64,000 nucleotides of DNA from Bacillota bacterium (lineage in GTDB: Bacteria > Bacillota > Proteinivoracia > UBA4975): the NCBI GenBank assembly GCA_050949165.1, contig JBMNFF010000003.1:235081-299080 (forward strand). Direction: 5' to 3'. A program made the position numbers and the translations under genes. The number at the start of each line of letters is the position of its first letter. Within the stretch, counting starts at the first letter, position 1. Under the pieces are notes generated by a model. The model made no database searches and was not told the DNA's origin. It was given only the letters and a program-made list of their open reading frames with translations. Of this stretch, positions 52,760-63,223 are shown in pieces.

Positions 52760-54492
52760 AAAGACATACATTGGCTCGCCTCTTGTCCATGGTGGAGGGA
52801 AAGGGCTGGTACTGGGCGGGTTTGGCCGGAACCGGCCTGGAACCCATGCTCCGCAACCTCATCGTCGCCATCTGGCTGATGACGGTCATCGATACAGCAG
52901 TCGCCGGCGACGTCCCCGGGATAATCAGGGGTACCGCCTGGGGCTTCGCCGCCATGCTTCTCCTCAGCCTCTATCAAATTTTCTTTAACTATGTTTGGGA
53001 AAAGGGCGTGACCCTGACCACAGCTGCAATTCGCCGCCGCGTCTTCGACCATGCCCAGCGCCTGCCCTACGCATACAGCAATAACCAGCACAGCGGCGAC
53101 ATCATCTCCAGGGCCACCAACGATATCAAGGCTGCCGAAGAGGCCTATGGGGTCAACCTGCAACTTCTGGTTTCCGACCTGTTGGGAGCGGTCATCTCCC
53201 TGGCCATCGTCTTCGCACTCAGTTGGCAACTGGGCCTGGCCTCTTCCCTCATGGCGCTGGTGTTTTTCCTGGCCAGCCTCCCCCTTTCCAGATCCCTGCG
53301 CCTGATCGGCGCCAAAGTTCAAACCGGTCTGGGGCGAATAACCGAGGCCCTCTCGGATATCCTGGCCAGCGTCCCGGTAACTCGAATCTTTAATCTGAAG
53401 GACATAGTCACCGCAGACTACAGGCAAAAAAATGCCCGGGTCTTGCACCTGTCCCTGGCCAGGGCGGCCCTCAGCGCCGGCTTGGCGGCCCTGGGCGTCC
53501 TGGGTTTTCTCGGCTCCCAAATTGGCATTATCTCCCTGGGGAGCTACTTGGCCCTGAACAACCAGATCAGCCTTGGCCAAATAGCCTTTACCACCCAGAT
53601 GGTCAGCGCCCTCTTCATTACCCTGGGCACGGTTTTCGGCAGGCTCCAGGCCTCCCTGGCCGGGGCAGACCGGGTGCTGGAAATCCTGGCAGTCCCCCAG
53701 GAGCGCCGGGACGGCGCCCCAGCCGCCCAGGCCGGCGATTCCCGGGGCATCTCGGTAAAGGACCTGTCCTTCCGCTACAGCGCCGACGCCCCCGTCCTGG
53801 ACAAGGTCAGCTTCGAAGTCCCTCCGGGCAAGGTCTATGCCCTGGTGGGTCCCAGCGGCAGCGGCAAGAGCACGGTATTGCAGCTGCTCCTGGGTCTCTA
53901 CCCCCTGGAGCAGGGGGAAATCCTCATCAACGGTTATGACTTGGCCGCAACTTCCCCTGCCGTCATTCGGGAACAGATCGCCTATGTACCCCAGTCATCC
54001 TGGCTCTACGCCGCCAGCATCGCAGAAAACATCGCCTGCGCCCGGGAAGGCGCCACCGCCGCCCAGGTGGAGGCGGCAGCCAGAGCGGCCAATGCCCATG
54101 ATTTTATCATGAAACTGCCCCAGGGCTACGCCACGCCGGTAGGGGAGCAGGGCTCCCGCCTTTCCGGGGGTCAGCGCCAGCGCATTGCCATCGCCCGGGC
54201 CCTCCTCAAGGACAGTCCAATCCTCCTCCTGGACGAAGCCACATCCGCCCTGGATGCCGAGTCGGAGCACCTGGTCCAGCAAGCCCTGGAGACCCTGATG
54301 GAGGGGAGGACAACCCTGGTGGTAGCCCACCGCCTCTCCACCATCCGCAATGCCGACCAGATCCTGGTCCTGGATCAGGGGAGAATAGTTGAACAGGGAA
54401 CCCATGCTGAACTGCTGGCCCAAGGCGGGGTTTATCGCCGGCTCTATGAGCTTCAGTTTTCCCGGCAGGCAAGCGCCGGTGACCCGGCATAG
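52756..54492 (+). CDS. ABC exporter, fused permease-ATPase subunit 2
   Basis: GPSGSGKST, LSGGQRQR, ILLLDEATSALD. Overlaps subunit 1 by 4 nt, as in a heterodimeric pair. Confidence 0.9.
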   Translation: MKRHTLARLLSMVEGKGWYWAGLAGTGLEPMLRNLIVAIWLMTVIDTAVAGDVPGIIRGTAWGFAAMLLLSLYQIFFNYVWEKGVTLTTAAIRRRVFDHAQRLPYAYSNNQHSGDIISRATNDIKAAEEAYGVNLQLLVSDLLGAVISLAIVFALSWQLGLASSLMALVFFLASLPLSRSLRLIGAKVQTGLGRITEALSDILASVPVTRIFNLKDIVTADYRQKNARVLHLSLARAALSAGLAALGVLGFLGSQIGIISLGSYLALNNQISLGQIAFTTQMVSALFITLGTVFGRLQASLAGADRVLEILAVPQERRDGAPAAQAGDSRGISVKDLSFRYSADAPVLDKVSFEVPPGKVYALVGPSGSGKSTVLQLLLGLYPLEQGEILINGYDLAATSPAVIREQIAYVPQSSWLYAASIAENIACAREGATAAQVEAAARAANAHDFIMKLPQGYATPVGEQGSRLSGGQRQRIAIARALLKDSPILLLDEATSALDAESEHLVQQALETLMEGRTTLVVAHRLSTIRNADQILVLDQGRIVEQGTHAELLAQGGVYRRLYELQFSRQASAGDPA

Positions 54493-54536
54493 TATTGGCC
54501 CTCAATACCCCGCACCTTTTCCCTTTTCTTACCCCA

Positions 54537-54545
54537 TGGTATAAT
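54537..54545 (+). promoter_or_regulatory. Extended -10 element upstream of the GntR gene
   Basis: TGgTATAAT. Confidence 0.35.
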
Positions 54546-54574
54546 TGGGTAAAAATCTGTGGCGGTGATAATAA

Positions 54575-55297
54575 ATGTTGGAGAACTCCGGGATGCCCTT
54601 ATATCTGCAAGTATACGAAGCCCTGAAGCAGAAGATAACCGCCGGGGATTGGCCCGAAGAGTCGGCCATACCCACCGAAGCCAACCTGATGAAGACTTTC
54701 GGCGTCGGCCGGGAGACGGTGCGCCGGGCGGTGCTGAGGTTGGTCAACGAGGGCTACCTCTTCCGACAGCGAGGCAAGGGCACCTTTGTCTGCCGCCGGC
54801 GCCCCGAGGACGGCCTGGAGCAGCTGGTCTCCTTCACCGCCGAAATGTTGTCCCGGGGCTACCGGCCGGGCACCCAGGTCCTGGTCCACCGCCGGCAACA
54901 GCCCGACCCGGAAACCGCCAGGCTCCTGAACTCTGCCCCCTCTGAAGATATCTTGTACATCAAGCGCCTGCGCACCGCTAATCAACTGGCAGTGGCTCTG
55001 GAAGAATCCTTCCTGCGCACCGACGTCTTCGGGGAATTGGACCCCGACAAGCTGGGGGGATCCTTTTACGACTACCTGGTCTATGACAAAGGAATCAAGC
55101 CGGGGAAGATCGTCCAGGAAATCAGCTCAGGCCTGGCCGACCCGGAAACAGCTAATCTCCTGGAAGTTGAACCCGGGCACCCCATCCTCCAGCTCTCCCG
55201 GATGATGTATACCGTCGACGGCACTCCCTTCTTCTGGCTGGTCTTCCGCTACCGGGGCGATATTTACTCCATCAAGACCAAGCTGGACTTCGCCTAG
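54575..55297 (+). CDS. GntR-family regulator, HutC subfamily (UTRA effector domain)
   Basis: SAIPTEANLMKTFGVGRETVRRAVLRLVNEGYLFRQRGKGTFV. The start may be the ATG at 54593. Confidence 0.85.
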   Translation: MLENSGMPLYLQVYEALKQKITAGDWPEESAIPTEANLMKTFGVGRETVRRAVLRLVNEGYLFRQRGKGTFVCRRRPEDGLEQLVSFTAEMLSRGYRPGTQVLVHRRQQPDPETARLLNSAPSEDILYIKRLRTANQLAVALEESFLRTDVFGELDPDKLGGSFYDYLVYDKGIKPGKIVQEISSGLADPETANLLEVEPGHPILQLSRMMYTVDGTPFFWLVFRYRGDIYSIKTKLDFA

Positions 55298-55316
55298 GCT
55301 ATCTGACCGCTGAAAA

Positions 55317-55347
55317 AAGACCCTATCGCGCTGCGATAAGGTCTTTT
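55317..55347 (+). terminator. Rho-independent terminator after the GntR gene
   Basis: AAAGACCCTATCGC-GCT-GCGATAAGGTCTTT followed by TTATT. Confidence 0.5.
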
Positions 55348-55419
55348 ATTGTCTATTACCTGGGCTGATAGTCTTCCGACCCTGAAGGGAGCAGGTCTCC
55401 TGAGTGGCTTCCAGGGGGT

Positions 55420-55968
55420 TTACTGCTGCCTGCTTATTCCCTGACTCTCCAGGATGGCCGCCAACTCCCGGACAGCAAATCGGTCGTGGAGATCCCATTT
55501 TAGCTGCTTGGGGCGGCCCCGCCAATCTGTCCTGGTGGTGCTGATGTACACCACCGTCCCCTCGGTCCGGTATTCCAGGATCTGGTCCCAGGTGTAAATG
55601 CGCCCCAGGTAAATCCCCTCTCTGCGAACCTGGCCATCCAGGGCGCTGCCAGCAATGCCGGCGAGAGCAACAGCTGCAGTGGAAGCAGTCATGACCATCT
55701 GTTGGCGGTAATATTCCATAACCCACTCAGGGGAGGCGCCCCCGGGGATCTGCCTGATCAGGATAATCAGGTTCATTGCCGAAATCAGGGCGGAAATTGC
55801 TCCCAAGATCAGGCTCCACTTCTTGCGGGGTGGCATCACCTTCATGAGGGTCCCCCCGAGGATTATCCTGATCCGAAACCATATCATGATTACCAAACTG
55901 ATGAAACTGATGGTAATAATCAAGTGCCACTCTATAAATACCATTGCCCCACCTCCCGTCTTCCCCAA
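55420..55968 (-). CDS. Membrane protein, function unknown
   Basis: Three hydrophobic helices followed by a soluble C-terminal domain. Confidence 0.45.
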   Translation of the reverse strand: MGKTGGGAMVFIEWHLIITISFISLVIMIWFRIRIILGGTLMKVMPPRKKWSLILGAISALISAMNLIILIRQIPGGASPEWVMEYYRQQMVMTASTAAVALAGIAGSALDGQVRREGIYLGRIYTWDQILEYRTEGTVVYISTTRTDWRGRPKQLKWDLHDRFAVRELAAILESQGISRQQ

Positions 55969-56140
55969 TTATACCATATCCACCAGGCGCCCCGGACTTT
56001 TTTACCGCAGGCCTCGCAAGCGGCAGCCATTGCCAGCACCGATGATTCCGCGGCCCTGGCAAGGACCTTCCCCATTAGACTTAATTCTCCCCTCGCGCTA
56101 CAATAGTAAAGGTGTTTACTATACAAATGGAGTGAATTGC

Positions 56141-57787
56141 ATGCTTAAGGACTTCATTGATGATCTCAAGAGGGAGTTCAAGGGCTATTCCGGGCAGAAG
56201 TTAAAGCAAGATATGCTGGCCGGTTTGACGGTGACTGCCGTGGCCCTTCCCCTGGCCCTGGCCTTTGGCGTAGGCAGCGGGGCCACTGCAGCGGCAGGTT
56301 TGATAACAGCCATCCTTTCCGGCTATATAATAGGGGGGCTTTCCGGCGCCTCTTACCAGATTTCCGGCCCCACCGGCGCCATGACGGCAATCCTGCTCCT
56401 CTTAGCTCAAGAATACGGCTTAAATGGAATCTGGCTGGCCGGAGCCCTGTCGGGAATCATCCTGATCATCGCCGGTCTGATGAAATTTGGCAAAATCGTC
56501 TCTTACATCCCCGCCCCGGTGGTCACCGGTTTTACTTCGGGCATCGCCCTGATAATCGCCATCGGCCAGATTGACAACTTCTTCGGCGTCCAGTCGGCCC
56601 CGGCCGGGTCCGCCGCTCTCAAACTCGTCAATTACTTGCAGACCGGGATAAACCCTAATTGGTCAGCTGTCCTTTTGGGCGCCATAGTAATAGCGGTGAT
56701 GATCCTGTGGCCGAAAAAATGGAATGCCATCTTCCCCTCCTCCCTGGCGGGGCTGATCCTCGCCCTGGGGGTCAGCATGGTCTGGAAATTTCCGGTGGCT
56801 ACAATTGGTGAAATTCCCAAGACCCTGCTCTCCGAAAGCCGCCTGGACTTAGCAGCCATAAAGCTTGGCGATTTCCAGAACATGCTCTTTCCCGCCCTGT
56901 CCATCGCCGCCTTGGGCATGATAGAAAGCCTTCTCTGCGGAGAAGTGGGCGGAAAGATGAAGGGCGAGCAGCTCAATGCCAACCGCGAGCTGGTAGCCCA
57001 GGGAATTGGCAACTTCATCATCCCCTTCTTCGGGGGCGTCCCGTCTACCGCCGCCATCGCCCGGTCCAGCGTGGGGATAAAATCCGGCGGACAGACCCGG
57101 CTGGTCAGCATTTTCCACTCCCTGGGCCTGCTGATTGCCATGTTCCTGCTGGCGCCGGTGATGTCCCAAATCCCCCTGGCCGCTTTGGCGGGAGTGCTGA
57201 TGGTAACGGCCTGGCGCATGAATGAGTGGCGGAGCATCAGGTACATGTTCAGCAAGAGGTTGGTAGGCGCAATTTCCCTGTTCCTGATCACCATGTTTGC
57301 CACCATTATCTTCGACCTCACCCAGGCCATCATCATTGGCGTTGCCTTCGCCAGCCTGTTATTTATGCTCAAAATCGCCAATGTAGAGATTATTGTCCAA
57401 TCTGTGGACGAAAAAAGGCTGATGGGCAGGCACATTGCCTCTGCCGACAAGCCTTTGGAGCATATCCGCGTCGTCTATTGCACGGGCCCGCTTTTCTTTG
57501 CCAATGTCCAAAAGCTAAGGGCCCAGCTGGCCAATCTGGCCAAGGGCAAGGTCATCATCCTGTCCATGCGAGGGGTTCCCATGATTGATACCACCGGCCT
57601 GCAGTGCCTGGAGGAGCTGCACCTCATGCTGCAGAGCGAGAATCGCAGGCTGATGCTCTGCGGGCTCCAGCCCCAGGTGGCCAATATGCTCCAGAAAAGT
57701 TCGCTCACCCAGAGCATTGGCGAAAAGATGATCTTCTGGGGCGCCGCCGAAGCGATTATCGCCGCCCAGGACATGGGAGCAGCCTAA
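56141..57787 (+). CDS. SulP-family anion transporter with C-terminal STAS domain
   Basis: GLTVTAVALPLALAFG start of the SulP core and a STAS-like C-terminus. The ATG at 56141 follows GGAGTG; the upstream part of the track ORF is antisense to the neighbouring gene. Confidence 0.85.
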   Translation: MLKDFIDDLKREFKGYSGQKLKQDMLAGLTVTAVALPLALAFGVGSGATAAAGLITAILSGYIIGGLSGASYQISGPTGAMTAILLLLAQEYGLNGIWLAGALSGIILIIAGLMKFGKIVSYIPAPVVTGFTSGIALIIAIGQIDNFFGVQSAPAGSAALKLVNYLQTGINPNWSAVLLGAIVIAVMILWPKKWNAIFPSSLAGLILALGVSMVWKFPVATIGEIPKTLLSESRLDLAAIKLGDFQNMLFPALSIAALGMIESLLCGEVGGKMKGEQLNANRELVAQGIGNFIIPFFGGVPSTAAIARSSVGIKSGGQTRLVSIFHSLGLLIAMFLLAPVMSQIPLAALAGVLMVTAWRMNEWRSIRYMFSKRLVGAISLFLITMFATIIFDLTQAIIIGVAFASLLFMLKIANVEIIVQSVDEKRLMGRHIASADKPLEHIRVVYCTGPLFFANVQKLRAQLANLAKGKVIILSMRGVPMIDTTGLQCLEELHLMLQSENRRLMLCGLQPQVANMLQKSSLTQSIGEKMIFWGAAEAIIAAQDMGAA

Positions 57788-57839
57788 AAGAGAGCACCCC
57801 CTGGATTCTTCTGAAACCAGGGGGTGGTTTGTTTCCTGA

Positions 57840-59552
57840 TTACCAGCGCCTTTTTTCCGGGGGCAGGTCCAGGGCCAGGGTGCCGCCGGGGTTAAGGATG
57901 TTGTCGGGGTCCAGGTGGCGCTTGATGGCCCGAAGCAGCTCCAGCTCATTGGTGCCCAGGGACTCCTCATACCAGGGGGCCAGCATGCGGCCGATGCCGT
58001 GGTGATGGCTGAGGGCGGCGCCGGTCTTGCAGATATGGTCGATGACCTTGGCCTGATAGTCCACGTACTCCTCACTATCCATGCGGGCAATGAAGATGAA
58101 ATAAAGGTTGGTGCCCTGGGGATAGAAGTGGGAAGAGTGGGACATGCAGATGGTCTGGGGCCGGGACTTGCAGAAGGCCCGCACCTCCCGCCACACATCC
58201 TCCAGGCGGTCCCAGGGCACGGCGCATTCCAGGGTATCGATGATGACGCCGTAGTCCTGGAGGTCTTCCCGGAGGTAGGGATCCAGGAAGCGCCCTTCTT
58301 CCCACTTGCGAGTGACATAACCGGTGGTAGACATGGCCCCATACCGCTTGGCAATCTGGCGAATCCGCCGGGCGACCAAGCGGGTATAGCCGGCATCGCC
58401 ATCGGCGGTGCCCAGGAGCAGGCAGCGCTGATTGGGCTTATAGCCCCGGGCCCGGAGCATGGTGTCCAGAATGGTGCCCTCCACCCCATACAGCTTCATC
58501 CCCACCTCGGTCTCTTCGGGGTCCGAGAGGCGGAAGACCGAGGGCAGGCCGAACTCGCCCTGGGAGATCTCCCGCACCGCCTCCAGGGCGCTCATATAAT
58601 CCCGGAAGATATAGCTGAAGCGCCGGGTGTTTTCCGGCTGGTATTTAAAGATCTTGAGGGTGGCCTCCACCAGGATGCCATAGGTCCCTTCGGAACCTAT
58701 CATAATCTGGTCGATGTCGGGGCCGATGGCCTCGGCGGGATACTCTTTGGTGACGATGTCCCCCACCGGCGTCACATATTCCTGGCAGATAACCAGGTCC
58801 TCAATCTTCCCGTAATAGGTGGAGTTCTGCCCTGCCCCCCGGGTGACGATCCAGCCGCCGATGGTGGAGGAATCAAAGGACTGGGGCAGGTGCCCGCCGG
58901 TGTAGCGCTCCTTGGCGCCAAACAAATTGGGGGCATCCCGGAGGGCGGCCTCGTAATCGGGGCCCATCATTCCCGGCTGGACGGTTACGGTCTGGTTGAT
59001 GGGGTTGAGCTTGATGATCTTGTTCATATGCACCCGCATATCCAGGGAGATGCCGCCCCGGGGGCACTCTGTTCCCCGCATCACCGAAGAGCCGCCGCCA
59101 AAGGGCGTCACCGGCACTTTGTTTTCCCGGCACCAGCGCACCAGGTTGCGGACATCCTCCTTATTGCGGGGGCTGACCACGGCATCGGGCAGGTTTTCGA
59201 TCTTCTTCTCCCGCAGGCGGATGAGGTCGTATATCATCTTGCCATAAGCCACCCGCAGGCGGTTGTAATCATCGGTGTGGACATTCTCGGCCCCCACCAG
59301 GGCCCGCAGCTCTTGCAGTTGCTCCTGGCTGAGGCGGGAGGGAATGTCGTATTCCACCTTTTCCTCTCCCACATTCTGCTTGACCTGAAAGTCTGCATCG
59401 GTCATGGCAAAGGTTTCCTTCATCAGGGCATAGAGGCGCTTGTTGGGATGCTTGAAGCGGTCGGGATAACCCCATTTAAATATGGATCTGTATGATTGCT
59501 CCGGCGGCACCTTCTCGTACCAATCGGGATAAAAGGGCTTTTTCTCGGCCAT
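57840..59552 (-). CDS. FAD-linked oxidase (GlcD / alkyl-DHAP-synthase-like)
   Basis: FAD-binding PCMH segment (VVSPRNKEDVRNLVRWCRENKVPVTPFGGGSSV). The ATG at 59552 follows GGGGAGGAG. Confidence 0.8.
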   Translation of the reverse strand: MAEKKPFYPDWYEKVPPEQSYRSIFKWGYPDRFKHPNKRLYALMKETFAMTDADFQVKQNVGEEKVEYDIPSRLSQEQLQELRALVGAENVHTDDYNRLRVAYGKMIYDLIRLREKKIENLPDAVVSPRNKEDVRNLVRWCRENKVPVTPFGGGSSVMRGTECPRGGISLDMRVHMNKIIKLNPINQTVTVQPGMMGPDYEAALRDAPNLFGAKERYTGGHLPQSFDSSTIGGWIVTRGAGQNSTYYGKIEDLVICQEYVTPVGDIVTKEYPAEAIGPDIDQIMIGSEGTYGILVEATLKIFKYQPENTRRFSYIFRDYMSALEAVREISQGEFGLPSVFRLSDPEETEVGMKLYGVEGTILDTMLRARGYKPNQRCLLLGTADGDAGYTRLVARRIRQIAKRYGAMSTTGYVTRKWEEGRFLDPYLREDLQDYGVIIDTLECAVPWDRLEDVWREVRAFCKSRPQTICMSHSSHFYPQGTNLYFIFIARMDSEEYVDYQAKVIDHICKTGAALSHHHGIGRMLAPWYEESLGTNELELLRAIKRHLDPDNILNPGGTLALDLPPEKRRW

Positions 59553-59578
59553 GCTAACTCCTCCCCATCTTTTTTTCC

Positions 59579-59953
59579 TCAATGGTAAGCGGACTGTTCT
59601 TCACCCATGTCGGCGGTGGCAATCAAAGACACGTCGGTGCCCGCCAACCGGGGGATCACCACATCCCCGGGCCGCAGCCTTCGCTCCACCCGCACCGAGT
59701 TAATCTCCCCCATGCAGGCGAAGATTCGGGCCAAGGGCACCTCGCCCTGGGTGCGCACCGGCAGCATGGGATAATCGGAGAAGCTGGTGCGCACGGTGGT
59801 GGTCAGAGTGCGGCTGGGATTGGTCAGTTCCTTCTCGGCATAGGCCACACCCCGGGGACACCTGTTTCCCTGGACCACCAGGTCCTGCCCCCGGGAGCTG
59901 ACCTGCAGGCGGCAGCCCTGGGGACATTGGATGCAGATGATTTCCCTAGCCAT
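59579..59953 (-). CDS. DUF1667 protein (small Cys-rich subunit of the GlpA-like complex)
   Basis: CIQCPQGCRL...GNRCPRG motifs, 124 aa, in the conserved position after two flavoproteins. Confidence 0.75.
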   Translation of the reverse strand: MAREIICIQCPQGCRLQVSSRGQDLVVQGNRCPRGVAYAEKELTNPSRTLTTTVRTSFSDYPMLPVRTQGEVPLARIFACMGEINSVRVERRLRPGDVVIPRLAGTDVSLIATADMGEEQSAYH

Positions 59954-61214
59954 TTTCCTCCCCCTTCAAGTTCAAGATTACTTTTTCCGCCCCGGCGGGA
60001 ATGGCGGTCAAATCCAGGACGAGCCGCTCCATCTCCGGCGGCCGCATCACCGGGTACCGCTTGCGCATCAAGGTTTCCCCGCCGACAGTGACCGCCACTT
60101 GGGCATTGCGCAAGGTGCGGGCAGAGCGCAGGTAAATCACCGCCTGCCCCCCCGCCGCCACATCCAGGCGGCTGGGCACGGCATAGAGGATATCCCCCTC
60201 CGGGCTCAGCTCCAGATGCCGGGGCTCCCTTCCCTGGCCCAGGGCATACTCAGCGGCGGCCCGACCGGCAGTGGTCCCGCTTTCCGAGACATAGTCCACC
60301 AAGTCGTTGACATGGAGGGCGTTGCCGCAACTGTAGAGTCCCGGCACATTGGTGGCCAGGTGCTGGTCCACCGCGGGTCCGCCGGTGCGGGGGTTGAGCT
60401 CCACCCCCAGAGGGGCTAGGATGTCGTTTTCGGGGATCAGCCCCACCGAGAGGACCAGGGTATCGCAGGGCACAAGGCGGCCCTGCCCCGGCAGCGGCCG
60501 CAGCCTCTCATCCACCGGGCTGACCATTACTCCCTCCACCCTTTCCCGGCCCAGGACCTGGGTTACGGTGGCGCTGAGGTGGAGGGGGATATTGTAGTCC
60601 TGCAGGCACTGAACCAGGTTTCGGGTGAGCCCCGATGGCTCGGGCTTGATCTCGTACACCCCTTCCACCTGGGCCCCTTCCAGGACCAGGCGCCGGGCCA
60701 TGATCAAGCCGATATCCCCGGAACCCAGAATGACGCAGCGCCGCCCCGGGAGCAAGCCCTCGATATTGATGAGGTGCTGGACGGTGCCGGCGGTGTAGAT
60801 TCCCGCCGGGCGCTGGCCGTGGATGAAGACCTGGCGGGAGGTGCGCTCCCGGCAGCCAGTGGCCGCCACTAGGGCCCGGGCCTGGAGCTGAAACACCGCC
60901 TGCTCCCGATTCTGCAGGATGAGGGCGAACCCTTCTCCTTCCCGCCTCAGTTCCAGGAGGAAGGTCTCGGTGAAGATGGGGATTCCGCGCCGACGGACCT
61001 CCTGGATATCCCGCCAGGCGTATTCCGGGCCGGTGAGTTTTTCGCCGTAGCGCACCAGGCCAAAGCCGTCGTGGATGCACTGCTTGAGGATGCCCCCGGG
61101 CCGCGACTCCCGCTCGATCAGGCAGACCCCGGCCCCGGCCTCGTGGGCCGCTATGGCCGCCGCCAGCCCCGCCGGACCCGCACCGATGACTACTGTATCC
61201 CATACTTTACCCAT
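59946..61214 (-). CDS. NAD(P)/FAD-dependent pyridine-nucleotide-disulfide-family oxidoreductase
   Basis: VVIGAGPAGLAAA and ILGSGDIGLIMA dinucleotide motifs. Confidence 0.8.
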   Translation of the reverse strand: MGKVWDTVVIGAGPAGLAAAIAAHEAGAGVCLIERESRPGGILKQCIHDGFGLVRYGEKLTGPEYAWRDIQEVRRRGIPIFTETFLLELRREGEGFALILQNREQAVFQLQARALVAATGCRERTSRQVFIHGQRPAGIYTAGTVQHLINIEGLLPGRRCVILGSGDIGLIMARRLVLEGAQVEGVYEIKPEPSGLTRNLVQCLQDYNIPLHLSATVTQVLGRERVEGVMVSPVDERLRPLPGQGRLVPCDTLVLSVGLIPENDILAPLGVELNPRTGGPAVDQHLATNVPGLYSCGNALHVNDLVDYVSESGTTAGRAAAEYALGQGREPRHLELSPEGDILYAVPSRLDVAAGGQAVIYLRSARTLRNAQVAVTVGGETLMRKRYPVMRPPEMERLVLDLTAIPAGAEKVILNLKGEENG

Positions 61215-62931
61215 CTCTGGCCACCTCCCTGGGCTCCTTGGTGGGCGCCAGCACCAGCTGGGAGCCCGGCCTGCCCTTCACCACCCCGGTGAGAGCAGTC
61301 CCCGTCTCCCGGGCCAGGATCTCCAGCAGGGCAGGGGTGCAGAATCCGCCCTGACAGCGCCCCATCCCCGCCCGCACCCGGCGCTTGATGGCATCCAGGG
61401 AAGCGGCGGGAACGGAACTCCTGATGGCGGCGACTATCTCTCCCTCGGAAATGGCCTCGCACCGGCAGACTATCCTGCCGTAGGCAGGGTTTTCCCGGAT
61501 CAGTCGGGCCCGCTCCTCCAGACTCAAATCCTCCAGGCGAGGGTTGGGCCTGCGCACGGGGTCAAAGCGGGGATTGAGGCGAACCTCCATGACCTTTGCC
61601 AGCAGTTTTACCGTCATCTCCGCCACATCCTGGGCGATGGCCGGGGCCGAGGCCAGTCCCGGAGACTGAATCCCTGCCGCGTGAACCAGGTTGGCCACAT
61701 ACTCCGACGGTTCGATGACAAAATCCTCTTCAAAGGTGCAGGCCCGCACCCCGGCAAAATAGGTAATGACATCCCCCGGCCGGAGCCGGGTATTGAGGGG
61801 CAGGTGCCGGGAGAGCAGAAACTCTATATCTTCAGGCCCCGTGGACCAGTCTTCCCGTTGGGGCACTTCCACGGCATTGGGCCCCATGAGGAGGTTGCCC
61901 TCCACGGTGGGGTTGAGGCCCCCGCCCTTGGTATGGGCTTTGCTGTTCAGCTTGGGTATGGCCAGGACGCCCCTCTGCAGGGGACGGGTCTTCTTGTCCA
62001 GAATGGCAATGGTCCCCTTGCGGCCGTGGATGGTGAAGAACCGGTCATTGGCAAAGCCTGCCACCTTATCCGCCCACACTCCGGCGGCATTGATGACCAC
62101 CTTGGCCCTGAGGCTGCCCCGGTTGGTCCTTACCTCCACAATCCGGTTTCCTTCCATGACAAACCCCTGGACCATGGTGTTCAGGAAGACTTGGGCGCCG
62201 TTTTCCACGGCGTTTTCGGCATAGGCCACCGTCACCTCATAGGGGGCCACCACCCCCGTCGAGGGCAAGAGCACCCCGCCCTTCTGGGCGGGAGTGACAT
62301 TGGGCTCCCGCTGGAACACCTCTCGCCGGGAAAGGGGAATTACCCCGTCCACGCCCTTGGCCAGGGCCTGCTTGCGCACCCAGGGCAGGAGGAGCTGATA
62401 GATGCTCCTTTCCAGCAAGACCAGAGAGCCGCACCGCTCCAGCTTGAACCCCAGCTCTCGGGCAGCCTGGGTGTACATCCGGTTGCCCCGGATGTTGTAG
62501 GCGAGTTTTTTGCTCCCCCTGGAAGGGGCGATACCCGGGTGGATCATGCCGTTATTGCGGCTGGAGGCCTGTTTAGCCACGTCGTCCTCCTTCTCCAACA
62601 CCGCCACCTTCAGGTCCCAGCGGGTCAGCTCCCGGGCGATGGCGCAGCCGATGACGCCCCCTCCCACAACCGCGACGTCGAATTCCCGCCCCGCCAGGGC
62701 CTGGTCCGTAAGGGGAGGGCTGTATTCCTCCGGCGGGCTGACACCCTCCACCTGGATATCGTTGACCACTCCCTTGTAGCCGTGGCCGGCGGCCGCATAC
62801 CCGGCGGCGATGTACTGCTGCCAACTCTGAACCCGGCCCTCCAGGACCACGGACTGGCGCCACTGGCGGGCTTCAACTTCCGCCAGCCCTTCCCGCGCCA
62901 ATGCCCTTCTCACTGCCTTCAGCCCAGTCAT
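61207..62931 (-). CDS. FAD-dependent glycerol-3-phosphate-dehydrogenase/LhgO-like oxidoreductase with BFD-like [2Fe-2S] domain and an N-terminal extension
   Basis: VAVVGGGVIGCAIARE and C-terminal CRCEAISEGEI...GMGRCQGGFC. About 85 extra residues precede the FAD motif. Confidence 0.8.
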   Translation of the reverse strand: MTGLKAVRRALAREGLAEVEARQWRQSVVLEGRVQSWQQYIAAGYAAAGHGYKGVVNDIQVEGVSPPEEYSPPLTDQALAGREFDVAVVGGGVIGCAIARELTRWDLKVAVLEKEDDVAKQASSRNNGMIHPGIAPSRGSKKLAYNIRGNRMYTQAARELGFKLERCGSLVLLERSIYQLLLPWVRKQALAKGVDGVIPLSRREVFQREPNVTPAQKGGVLLPSTGVVAPYEVTVAYAENAVENGAQVFLNTMVQGFVMEGNRIVEVRTNRGSLRAKVVINAAGVWADKVAGFANDRFFTIHGRKGTIAILDKKTRPLQRGVLAIPKLNSKAHTKGGGLNPTVEGNLLMGPNAVEVPQREDWSTGPEDIEFLLSRHLPLNTRLRPGDVITYFAGVRACTFEEDFVIEPSEYVANLVHAAGIQSPGLASAPAIAQDVAEMTVKLLAKVMEVRLNPRFDPVRRPNPRLEDLSLEERARLIRENPAYGRIVCRCEAISEGEIVAAIRSSVPAASLDAIKRRVRAGMGRCQGGFCTPALLEILARETGTALTGVVKGRPGSQLVLAPTKEPREVARDG

Positions 62932-63223
62932 CTCACTCCCCTCCTATATATCCGAATGTCCGGACTTTTCCTGGTTTAATTTTATTTTGCCCTCGGCAAA
63001 CTGTCAAGGTTTTCCCCTTTATTGTATGACCACGCCGGGGCAGATTTGCATTCTTGTCGCCGGAGGCAGGATTTTTTGCCCCGGATGTCAAATACTTAGA
63101 TGACACCGCCAGCAGGGCGTGCCCTGCTCTTCTTACAGCCTCAGGGCTGTTTTTTTGTTCATGCATAAAGGCCAGCGCCTGCCAATAGTATTTTAAGGAG
63201 CAAGAATATAAGGAGTGAATTCC

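Noticed and set aside
57915-59495. A 526-aa plus-strand ORF. Similar long antisense ORFs occur at 61075-62979, 62933-63844, 42503-43657, 8895-9893, 6016-6885 and 52684-53580.
   Set aside because: All run opposite to genes with strong motif support and have antisense-type composition. I treat them as shadow ORFs.
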